Assembly: GCA_001938485.1 (NCBI GenBank)
Contig: MQRK01217243.1
Coordinates: forward strand, 52,097 to 113,562
DNA: 61,466 nt
Source of the DNA: Girardia tigrina
Taxonomy: Eukaryota
Direction: 5' to 3'
Each line of letters opens with the position of its first letter. Within the stretch, counting starts at the first letter, position 1. The position numbers were made by a program, and so were the translations under genes. Of this stretch, positions 50,640 to 61,466 are shown in pieces. Under the pieces are notes generated by a model. It was not told the origin of the DNA. It saw only the letters and a program-made list of their open reading frames with translations, and made no database searches.

Positions 50640-50900
50640 ATGCTCAAGGAAATTGAATTGGATCACATCTTTTTATTGCTTCATTTAATCCAGCTTCAAT
50701 TTGAGGAACCGCTTTTAACAAATTTTTGTCTGTTTCTGTTTTTAGTTTACGCTGAATGGTTTTACAGTCAACGACCACCTAGGTTCGCAATCGATGTAAT
50801 ATAACCTATCGACTCATCATCAACCAACATCTCAAACAATTTATCAATGACATTCAATTTAACTTTAAAACTAATCATTTTTTGTTGTTGAAATTCTTAA
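50640..50900 (-). mobile_element. pogo/Tigger N-terminal HTH relic
   Basis: KMISFKVKLNVIDKLFE..DESIGYITSIANLG..TVKTIQRK resembles the psq-type HTH; frameshifted. Confidence 0.45.
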
Positions 50901-52799
50901 CTTTGTTATTTGTGAATTTCTTGTATTTTTTATTTTTTTCTAAATTGTGTGGGCCTCTGTAATGGTACCATCTCTGTAATGGTATTGAGCCTAAGGCTCT
51001 TTAGAGGGTCCACCCAAACTAAAGTCCTTAAGGGCCCACCGATAGGCCTCCTACAGGGTCAGTGGCCTCCCACCTCTGAGCAGTCGTCTTGCCAGTAACG
51101 AACGACCAACCATGGAACTTGGTACCATGGCCGTACATGCCGTTGGCTGTTACGGTGGACGCGTCTAAATTGTGTAAAAATTGTGACACTGACAATTTTT
51201 GTTTAAATAATAAAAGTTGCATGCCGAATTTGAATTTTTATTAATCATATTACTCGAGCTTTGTTTTCTGCATAAATGAACGTAAAGATAAGTAAAAATT
51301 CTGAAATTTCAAGGTCCATAGAAAGTAATGGATTGCGGAAAGTCAATGTCGTGCCATTTCCTGAACTAAATAAGGAATTTAAGATTTTACTATTAACCAT
51401 AAAATGAAATAGAGTTTATAAATGTCCATCCTTTCTGATGTCATTTATCTACCCACATAATGTAATGCATCTAACTCCATTTAAAATCCAAATTTAACAA
51501 AAGTATTAAACACAGTAAACATTCATCATTCCCTATCACTCTTCAAGAACTGGTAATAGAGAATAGATAGATAGAGAATTAAGGTAATAGACAGAGAATT
51601 AAGATATCAGTTTCTAGGGAACATGTCACTTTTGAGACCACTGAATTAATCTATAAGGAATCCTGTTATCTTGAGATTTTGAAATAAAAAAATACATATA
51701 CTAAATATTCTTTTAAAAGAGGTCAGGCTAATTGCATTCTTTGTTATCGTGCAAGCTTGATAAATGCTCACTCAGTTAGAGGCATAATTTAACATAATTT
51801 TTGTCTCTAAAATAATGGTTATTTTTGAAATTTTATAATCTTTTGTAAAAATGAATCTTATTATTAAAAAAAATCAAAATACAACCTGTATCAGTGGTAC
51901 CACTACAACCGGTATTAAATGAATAACAAAATAAATCCGGAACACTAATTTTAGATCTAAAATTTTTGGTGTGATAACATCTTTATTAAATATCATATTT
52001 AGACCTAAATTAAAAATTAACTATAAATTAAAATAATATTTCACAAAAAACAAATAACCTCTCACAAGCAAACTCATATTGAAAAAGTATATCAAAGTTG
52101 TCATCATTCCAGTTGTACTGTTGATGAGATCTATCGCGATACTAATGATTTGGATATCCTAGGTTTAATGTTAAACATAAATGTTTAAACATAAAAAGGA
52201 ACATTATGATCATTATAAAATAAACATCATGTATGTTAATAATTTGATAAGCTCGTAAATTTTTTGAATTGAAAAAGAAAAATGTAAAACATTTTAAAAT
52301 GATAATTCATTAAATTTTATAATTTTACGATTTAAAATATTAATTTAAAATTAGAGTTTAAAAGTATTGTTGAAAACATTTTACACAGCTATAAATTAAA
52401 TAAGTGAATATTATTTAAAAAAGTGAATTTAACATAATAAATTAAATACTTTCGAGACGAAACTAAAGAGAAAATATTGAAAATGTTTAAACAGAATTAA
52501 TAGTTTCACAAATTAAATACAAAATAAAAAGAAAGTAGATTTGAGAAAACATTCAAAATAAATTTTAAAATGTGTTTAGTTTAAAAAAATTTAATATCTA
52601 AAAAAATCTAAATAAATCTTATATTAAATATCAAAATATCATACATTTTAAAATAGAATAGTTTAAAATGGTATTTCCCCAAAACAGTGATTCTAAAATA
52701 GCGATTCCAAAACAGTAATTTTAATAATAGGTATAATAAAATAAAAAGTGATCATTACAATAAATAATTACATCTTATGAGTTTAAGAGAATGGAAAAA

Positions 52800-55700
52800 G
52801 AGACCTTGGAAAATTGAAATCACGTAGAAAGAGACCAGTGAACAGTTCTCCATGGAACTTCCATCTGGTGTGTGTATGGAAAAAAGAGAAACAAGACATT
52901 CGAGTGTGTGTCGATTTTCGACAGTTGAATAAAATTACGGTAAGACCGTCATTTCCCATGCCAAATGTGGATGACATGTTAAACACGTTGAATGGAGCAA
53001 AATATTTTAGTACAATCGATCTGCGTTGAATTAGAAGAAGAATCAAAGATTAAAACTGCGTTTTCAACAAAGAATGGTCAATATTGTTTTAAAAGAATGC
53101 CTTTTGGAATTGCAGCGGCTCCAGTTACCTTTCAAGAATTAATGGTAAAAGTTCTAGGAGATTTGAATTGGAAAGAAGCAGTCGTATATTTGGATGATAT
53201 TTTGATTTTTGCAAAAGATAGAGAAGAACATCTTCAAAGAATACATAACGTATTTGAGAAAATTAAAGAATCCGGATTGAGAATAAATCCAGAGAAATGT
53301 CAATTCCTAGTAAAAAAACGAAATTTTTAGGATATGTCATAAGTAAAGAAAGTATTGAGACAGATAAAACAAAGATTGATGCAATTAGAAAATTTCAAAA
53401 CCCATCATGTATCAAACATTTAAGAAGCTTTTTTGGTTTGACGAATTACTACAGGAAATTCATAAAGGATTACGCTAGATATGCAAAGGTTTTAGGAGGC
53501 TTATGTGGTAAGATCAAGGATAAAAAACTGATTTGGACTGAAGAATGTGATGAAGCCTTTCAAAAATTAAAAGAAAGAATGATTAAGACACCAATTTTGG
53601 CATACCCTGATTTTTCAAGACTTTATACTCGATACAGACGCAAGTTTTGAAACAATAGGAGCGGTGCTATCACAAAAAGACGTGTGGAAGAGAAAGAGTA
53701 ACTGCATATGGTTCCCATAAAATGAATAATCATGAACTTGGATATTGCATAAAAAGGAAAGAACTGCTTGCAATTTATTATTTCACTAATCATTTTAAAC
53801 ATTTTTTGTATGGGAAAAGAATTTTGTTACAAAGCTATCACTTTTATGATGACTACAAAAAACGCTATTACACCACAGTTTCAAACATGGATAAATTTTC
53901 TTAGTGGTCTTGGCATGAAAATAGAATATCGGAAAGATGAGAAACATTCAAATGCTGACGCGATGTCTAGAATTTCTTGCGAATTGAATAGCCAATGTCA
54001 GACGATGCATGAAGAAACCAAGAAAGGAAAGATCAAGATGAGAATTCTTGCATTGAACGAAGAGTCAGAGGGTTTCAAATGGCAAAGGAATAATGAAGAA
54101 ATAAAACAAATTGTTGAAGATATCGGAAAAGGGAAAATGAGGAAATGGACACTAAAAATGACGTCGTGGAAATTCAGGACAATAAATACTTGATCCCAAA
54201 AGAAAAACGAACAGATTTTATTGAAGAGATGCACAAGCTGTTATGTCATGCTGGTAGTAAAAAAGTCTATAACTATCTTCGAGAAGATTTTGACATGGAA
54301 AATATGAGAAATTTCATTAAAGAAATAGTCCAAAGTTGTTTATATTGTCAAAAAAGAAAGACATATTAACAGCGAAAACGAAAAAAAAACATATAAAGTT
54401 GTCGACAGAGGAACTTTTCCAGAAAATATACATGAACTTCTATGGACTATTCAAAAGAAACGTAAACGGATATCAATACGTACTTGCAATAATAGACCAA
54501 TTCAGTAGATTTATTAGCCTGAATGAAGTTGCTAGTCAAGATGAAAAAAACAGTTCGTAGAGTGATATTGGACAGATGGATATGGAAATTTGGACCTCCA
54601 AAAGAAATCCATGTTGATAGAGGAAAAACATTTGATTCGGCTTTGTTCAAAGATACAGTTAAAAGGTTCAAAGTCGAGATAATCTATTCAAGTCCATATC
54701 ATCATAATACAAATGGGATAATGGAAAGGCAATTTTGAACAATCAGAGATGCTATAAATATTAGAATGAAGGACGGAAACCACAGAGATTGGACAGAAGA
54801 TTTGTCGAAAATAGAATTTATGTTGAATAGTACAGTTCAAGCTACGACAGGTGTTTCACCGGCTGAAATAATATTTGAGAGACGATTAAGGTATTGGTGG
54901 AAGAACAATAAAGAAACTAACGGAAACCAAGTTAATGTCGAACAAAATATGGAGACAAGAAGAGTTTTTGAAGTTGGAGACAGAGTGTTGATAAAAAAAG
55001 AAAATATATCAAAAAAGAAGATGACCGTTACATGGGTCCGATAATTGTGTTGAAACGAAATCACGAAAGGAGTTACGAGTTACAGCTCGAAGATGGTAGA
55101 ACTTTGATTAGAAATGTTGAATGGCTAAAGCCATTTAAACCGAAGGGGATGTGAGGAATGTTTTGAATTGTGTATTGATATTGTATATGTTTTATGTTGA
55201 TTCGGAATGTGCCGCTCCTACACAGATGGATGGTATTTTCTTTGATTCCTACTAATGAAAAATAATTTAATTTAATTGTAAATTAAAAAGATTTAAAATA
55301 ATTTTTGAATGTATTATTTATTTTTTATTGAATTTAAAATAAATATATATTTGTCTTAATCTGTGACTGACTGACTGATTCTGTCAAGAACGCTTATATT
55401 ATTTACTTACAATTGTAAGTAGATAATTAAATTAATAATTCATACGAGAATCGGATCGTTATTCGATATGAATTTCGCACAATTTAAATAGGGGTATTTG
55501 GAATAATTTTTGTATATAGTTACAATGTCTTTTAACATCTGCATTTTTAATAAGAAACTGAGAAAAATATTATATCTTATTTAATTAAGATTTAAATATT
55601 TGTTCTTTGAAAATGATAAATTTGATGCGATAAAACAAAGGTATAATTTTTATTAAACATTTAGTTTTTTGCAAAACGTTTTTTTACTTTACATAATGTA

Positions 55701-56178
55701 TATTTGAGAAATAGACATTAATTTTAATAATGGGACCTTGTGATGAACGAAAATTATAATGACATTTAATTAATTTTTTTCGTGATTTAGATGAATAAAT
55801 GACTGATTATTTAATTTCAGTAGGAATTGACTTATAATAAAAAATAAAAAAACTGTGTCCATAAGTCTGTGGGTAATAACGAAACATCATTTACAATAAT
55901 AATTAATGTATATTATTATAGAATGGAAAAAAAATGAATTTTAAGAATAAAACGTCTTTTGAAAATTTATTCTATATAATTATGCCCGTCATACATGACG
56001 GGTTATTTATTTACTAGTTTTAATATATTAATTTAATATGTTGATTTTTAAAAAAATGTTTAGATTTAATTTTAACCAATTAGATTCTTTATAAATTAAT
56101 AATTTTTATTAACAGATTGTCATTTATTAAAAATAATTAGTGTGAACTCAGAAATATATCGATCAAGAATATTTCATA
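52800..56178 (+). mobile_element. Gypsy LTR retrotransposon, 5'-truncated (RT-RH-INT + PPT + 3' LTR 55150-56178 interrupted by a Helitron)
   Basis: RVCVDFRQLN, RMPFGIAAAP, VYLDDILIF, LRSFFGLTNYYRKFI, HSNADAMSR, HKLLCHAG..CLYCQ, IHVDRG, TNGIMER; PPT GAAGGGGA then TGTGAG. Confidence 0.93.
55340..56017 (+). mobile_element. Non-autonomous Helitron inserted in the LTR
   Basis: Absent from LTR copy 56403. Inserted between A and T without TSD, (GACT)n near the 5' end, hairpin CCCGTCAT-AC-ATGACGGG then CTAG|T. Confidence 0.85.
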
Positions 56179-56402
56179 CCCAATAACCGCAACGCAAATA
56201 ATCATAATTCATCACGTTGCGGTTCAAACGATTGCAAATTTCAACCTAAATTTAATTTTTTATAGTTAATAATTTTTAAATTTGCATAACAAGGTCCTGG
56301 AAAGCTTTTTTTCAAAATTTCGGTAGCTCTTGAGCAAAATACAGTCTAATATATATTACTAATATTATTTTGTAACACAATGGAATAACACTCTGGGAAC
56401 TT

Positions 56403-56745
56403 TGTGAGAAATGTTTTGAATTGTGTGTTGATATTGTGCATGTTGTATGTTGATTTAGATTGTGCCTCTCCTACACAGATGGATGATTGGTATTTTCTTC
56501 GATTCTTATTAATTAAAAATAATTTAATTTAATTTTATAGTAAAAAGATTTAAAATAATTTTTGAATGTATTATTTATTTTTTAATGTATTTCAAATTTT
56601 AATATATTAATTTAATGTTCTTTTTTGAAAAAATGCTTAGATTTAATTTTAACCAATTAGATTCTTTATAATTAATAATTTTTATTAACAGATTTTCATT
56701 TATTGAAAATAATTAGTGTGAACTCAGAAATATATCGATCAAGAA
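56403..56745 (+). mobile_element. Second LTR copy (solo, 3'-clipped) of the same Gypsy family
   Basis: Colinear with 55150-55339 + 56018-56169. Confidence 0.9.
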
Positions 56746-57504
56746 AAATGCCAAATAGTGAATGCGCTTGTGATATTAATAAATGTTGTAAAACTCATAT
56801 TGATGTTGTTAATATGGGTGTTTAACAATAAAACTTTGTTGATTTTTCATGTTTTTCTGTGTATAATTTTGCTATGATACTTCTATAATTTTGCAATGCT
56901 GCTTGTATTGACATACAAACTTTATTAAAGAAAAATCCAAATCTTTTTCTATAAATTTAAACAAGAAATACAAATTTAACATATTTACTTACATTTTTTA
57001 TGACGTTCAATTTTATGCATCTCATTTCGATTTTTTTATTGATAGCATTGACATAGAATTTCACGAGTTCACAATAAAGTATATAATTCAGCAAAACGAC
57101 TGTTGTCACAATTGATATAATGATAAATCCAAAGAAATCTAAAATAAATAAAAAGGTTCCCCATTTTCTAAATAATGACCAAAAATGAAAGGTAAAAGTT
57201 ATAAAAATTACTCGATATCTTTATCTGTTTGACAGACATTCAGGTTGTAAAAAGGATGTTTAAATGTATCGTAAGCGACGTCATAAATAATATGATTAAC
57301 TACTGAAAGTATGCTCCATATTACCGCTAAAACCATCCACGATGTTAATGTTGTTTTCACCTTGAAAAACTTTAATGAATAGAGTATTTAAATTATTTTC
57401 ATTTAAATAAATAGAAAAGTTTGTAGTTTTCCATAATTGTTAATAAAATTTAAAATCAAATGTGACTTTTTCTCTTGGCTATATTTGGTGGAACAATTGT
57501 TGGA

Positions 57505-59960
57505 GGGCTAAGTAATATTTTTGAATGTTGTTTATTGTATGTTATTTTAGGATTGTGTTTCTCTCATCCAGATGGAACATTGATATTTTAAATGTTTTAA
57601 AACGTCGAATTATTTAATCAATTAAAAAAATATAAATAACAACTTTAAAAATAAATTAATATATCATAAATAATATATTTAAAATAATTTTTTAAATAAT
57701 TAAAATTAAATTTTAATTTAAATTTGTTTGAATAATAAGACGTTTAGAAAGAGAATTAAAAAAAATTATCAATCAAGAACAATGACTAGTTACAAAAGTT
57801 TTGTGGAGAATTGTTCTAGTGGAAATTCAAGTTGTGATATGTCGACCAACGACCATGTGACTCCGAACATCAGAGATACAGAGATATTCGACGGATCTGA
57901 GTCAAAAGTAGAGGAATTCTTAAAGAGCTTCGGCAGAGATGCGAAGATCATGGGATTCTCAGAAGAAAGAAGAGTATAGGTGACAGCATTCATGAATCCG
58001 AAAGCAATAAGTAAATATGATAATTCACAGGGAGATACCTGAGAAACAAAAATGAAATCTCCATTCAACAGAGAAAAGAACATCCTGTAGATAATGAGTG
58101 AATTTGTCGAAATAAAAATCTGATCGAACGACCCCTCAACCGTATTTCAAAAAATAGACGAAATAATTTGGAAACTAGTAGAAAAGAAATTCGGAAAAAA
58201 GAGATATCAGACCTGGAATATGCTAACGCGGTAGATGATAGAAAAGTGAAGAGAGAGATAGCTCCAAGAGATGTCTCGAAAGCTGAAGATATCAAATGTA
58301 TACAGATGAAAATATATGAATTTGAATCAAAGAGCAGAGATTTAAGGGTGGACGCCTATTCAACAAAGAGGGACAATGAATGGAGAAGAAAAACATAATA
58401 TACGACAGCCAAGACCACGAAACAAAGGAAGAATAATAGAAGAAACAAAGAGAATTTCAAAACGAGAAGAATTTCTTGTTGGGCATGCCACAAAGAAGGT
58501 CCCGTGAGAAGAGAATGCTAAATTATAATATGAAACCACTGTAACAGAAAATGACACGTAAGAACACAGTACTTTGAAAATTCGAATAGATGCAGAGAAC
58601 GGGAGCAATAAAAACGAGACAACGGATAGACTGGAAGAGATGACAGGAGAAATTATTCGAATGTGAAATATGGTGAGCAAAGGACAAAGACAAATAGAAA
58701 GTATTCAGTGGTAGAATTAGGAATGGTTAGATAGATAGAAAGAATAGATAGAAGGTAAGATGTGACAAGAAGAGATTACTTCCCGAATAATAGGAAATTC
58801 GGAGAAGAACAGGGATACGAGGACGCACTATCACACTGAGAAGTGATTGGTGTGCTATAATAGGGAGTAAATGTAAATGTGTGATTGATTGTATAAATGA
58901 ATGTGTATGTGATTGTATGTTTGATGATGTGTATAAAAATATTCCTCTGGTGAGCATGACGGAAATGATGAAAAATGTGATAGCATGAATACTGAAAAAG
59001 TGAAGAAAAAGAGATATAGTGAGAATACACATGTTTAACATAAATTATAAAAAATTGAAAGGACGACCAAGTATAGAGTTTCGCATAAAGAATAAAAATG
59101 TACAGTGCATCCTGGACACATGGGCCAATGTAAACGTTATTAAATCAGAGATAATCAAAGATATAAAAGAACTATATGAAAATAAAATCGACGACCAACT
59201 AATGTAACTTTTAACAGAATATAAATCAATCTTTATGGCGGAAAAATAGGATATTTGAAGAACTTTACTGACAAAACATAAAATCGAAACACATGGAGAA
59301 CCGGTATTAGTGAAACCTTATCGACAACCGAAATTTTTCGAGCAAATATTAGACGATATTATTAGAAATTATGAGGAAAACGATATTATCGAAAACTGCA
59401 ATTCCACGTGGAATCTTCCTCTAGTATGTATTTGGAAAAAAGGAGAAACAGAACATTAAAGTGTGAGTAGATTTTCGGCAATTGAATAAAATCCCGGTCA
59501 GACCTGCATTTCCAATGCCAAATGTGGAAATGTTAAACACACTAAGTGGAGCAAATTTCTTTAGCACAATCGACTTGGAAAGTGTATACCGTCAATTAGA
59601 GTTGCAAGATGAATCAAAAATCAAAATAGCATTCTCAACAAAGAATGATCGATGCTGTTTCAAGATATTGCCGTTCAGAATTGCGGCTGCACCAGCAACG
59701 TTCCGAAAAGTAATGGTAAAAGTTTTGAGCGAAGTAAACTGGAAAGAGGCAGTTGTGTATTTGGATGATATTCTGATTTTTGCGAAAGATAAAAAAGAAC
59801 ACCTCAAACGAATTGAACATGTATTTGGTAAAATAAAGGAATCGGGTCTAAGAATAAACCACGAGAAATGCCACTTCATGGTTGAAAAGACAAAGTTTTT
59901 GGGATATGTGATCTGCAAAGATGGCATAAAAACAGATCAAACAAAGATCAATGCAATATC
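57505..59960 (+). mobile_element. Gypsy element 5' part: diverged LTR, PBS, gag, protease, RT (3'-truncated, degenerate)
   Basis: LTR-like 57505-57794 ending TACA; TTGTGGAGAAT at 57801 resembles the canonical TGGTGGAGAAT tRNA-Ala PBS. IFDGSESKVEEFL, CWACHKEG knuckle, CILDTWANVN, VYLDDILIF. Confidence 0.85.
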
Positions 59961-59974
59961 ATTTATATACCTTG

Positions 59975-60636
59975 TTGGATAACAATTATCATATTTCATC
60001 GAGGCCGCCGGCTTCCTCTCGCAACTATTTTAAAAGCCAAAACAATTTCTTTTCTTCTCAAACATATCTTGGTATTTTTGGCCATAGAATTCAAACTCAC
60101 TTTTTGATAATCGGTTTACGTTTGTATCCTTCCCTTTGCTTTCAATAAAAACGAGTTACATTCAAAATAACATGATTGCATTTTCATCGGTGATACAAAA
60201 TTTTGAACATAAAAGAACCAATAAATGAACCAATAAACTTTGGGCATTCTCCTCCCGTTCAATTTTTATTACTTCAAATTATCAAACATTTCCAGTCACT
60301 TTTTTGAAATATTTCTTTCAATGCCGTTTCGATTTCGTTAATGTCATTCTTCCTCGCTTTATTTAGATTTAACCAAACATTATATGCATTATCTTCGAGC
60401 AGCATCAGCATTGCTTTAGTCAGGTCCTCATTAGAAGCTTCGGTGATGACTTTGCACAATCGAACCACTTTACGAAATTCTCGTCCGAATTATACTGTTT
60501 GACTGTTTTGATTAACGTCTTCAATTAGACCAAGTAGCTTGTAGTTTCTAACGAAACGAAACAAACACTCTTTTTCAGTCAATTTAATATTTAAAAAAAC
60601 CACCTCCCTGTCATCATAGATCAAAATATTCTAACA
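59975..60636 (-). mobile_element. 5' fragment C of the compact LTR lineage: ~97-bp LTR, AGCTA-type PBS, gag relic
   Basis: Putative LTR 60540-60636 (TGTTAG...CTACA on the minus strand), PBS AGCTACTTGGTC at 60528-60539, gag-like AMLMLLEDNAYNVWLNL..NDINEIETALKEIF. Confidence 0.65.
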
Positions 60637-61064
60637 ACGATTTAATTAGTTAATTTCCATAAACTTGAATTCACGTAAATAAAAGATTATTTAAATAATA
60701 TAAATTGGCAAAATGATTATTAGTCAAAATAAGAAATGAAAATTTGTTCGAATTTGTGTATAATAAAAAATATTGATTGCTCTATTTATGAATTCAAATA
60801 TTGATATGACTAACAAAATTATTGGGCATTATTGACAAATTTTTATGTAAATTGACTTTTCAAATAACTTTCTTTACATTTTTGTTTTTAATAAATTTTG
60901 AAAGCTCTGATGGACGTTAATCTTATGTTTATATATAAAGGTTAGGTATTTTTAAAATTTTTGTAAACTCTTAATTTTTTTAAATTATTTAAAACTCAAC
61001 TTACCAGTGAAGTGGCACATGAGCCTACATATAATATTCCATTTATCTTTTCTAATTTTAAATA

Positions 61065-61466
61065 CCCTAATTTCTTGCATATAACCCGCACCAATGTATA
61101 ACCCGCACATTAAAAATATCAAAAATTTCTATGAAAAGTATATTTTTTTACGTATAACCCGCACCCATTGTATAACCCGCACTTAAAAAAAGTCAGTTTA
61201 ATTTCTACCTATTAATGTACTATTAATGTACTTTTAATATAATTACATTGTAATAATAATTTAAATAAAATCTAATAGTTTTGAAAATGTTGTTTTAATA
61301 TTATAAATATTATGGATTTGAAACCAAACAAAAATGCCACCGAAACGTAAGTCTTATACCTCCGAATTTAAATTAAAAGTAGTCAAATATGCTGAAGAAA
61401 ATGGCAACAGAAGTGCGAGTCGTGAATATTCTGTGGATGAAAGTATTGTCCGAGATTGGAGAAAAA
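61065..61466 (+). mobile_element. 5' end of a pogo-type (POGK/Brinker-DBD-like) transposon; ORF starts at 61334 and runs off the window
   Basis: TA|CCCTAATTTC start, four TATAACCCGCAC repeats, MPPKRKSYTSEFKLKVVKYAEENGNRSASREYSVDESIVRDWRK. Confidence 0.85.

Overview
AT-rich eukaryotic (animal-type) genomic DNA with assembly gaps, mostly decayed transposable elements. One host gene can be reconstructed: a divergent PXK (PX-domain kinase-like protein). Nine + strand exons from 3284 to 33534 splice into one open 390-codon frame ending in polyproline + WH2, with 51-53 nt introns alternating with 2.5-7.3 kb TE-filled introns. There are pseudogene fragments of SEC22 and of mitochondrial Hsp60, the latter inside a MULE-like inverted-repeat shell. 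TEs include two full-length compact LTR retrotransposons (~3.9 kb, LTRs only 105-119 bp) plus two fragments of the same lineage, conventional Gypsy fragments and solo LTRs, Penelope-like relics with four minimal hammerhead ribozyme motifs, Tc1/mariner, pogo/Tigger, hAT, a piggyBac MITE, Helitrons and MULE-like foldbacks. The best candidate for an undescribed system is the primer-binding site of the compact LTR lineage. In three different elements it lacks the canonical TGG and is instead 12 nt complementary to tRNA nucleotides 1-12, with one exact match to tRNA-Lys(UUU) GCCCGGATAGCT. This suggests priming by a 12-nt tRNA 5'-end fragment. All homologies are recognised by eye from remembered sequences; no searches were run.
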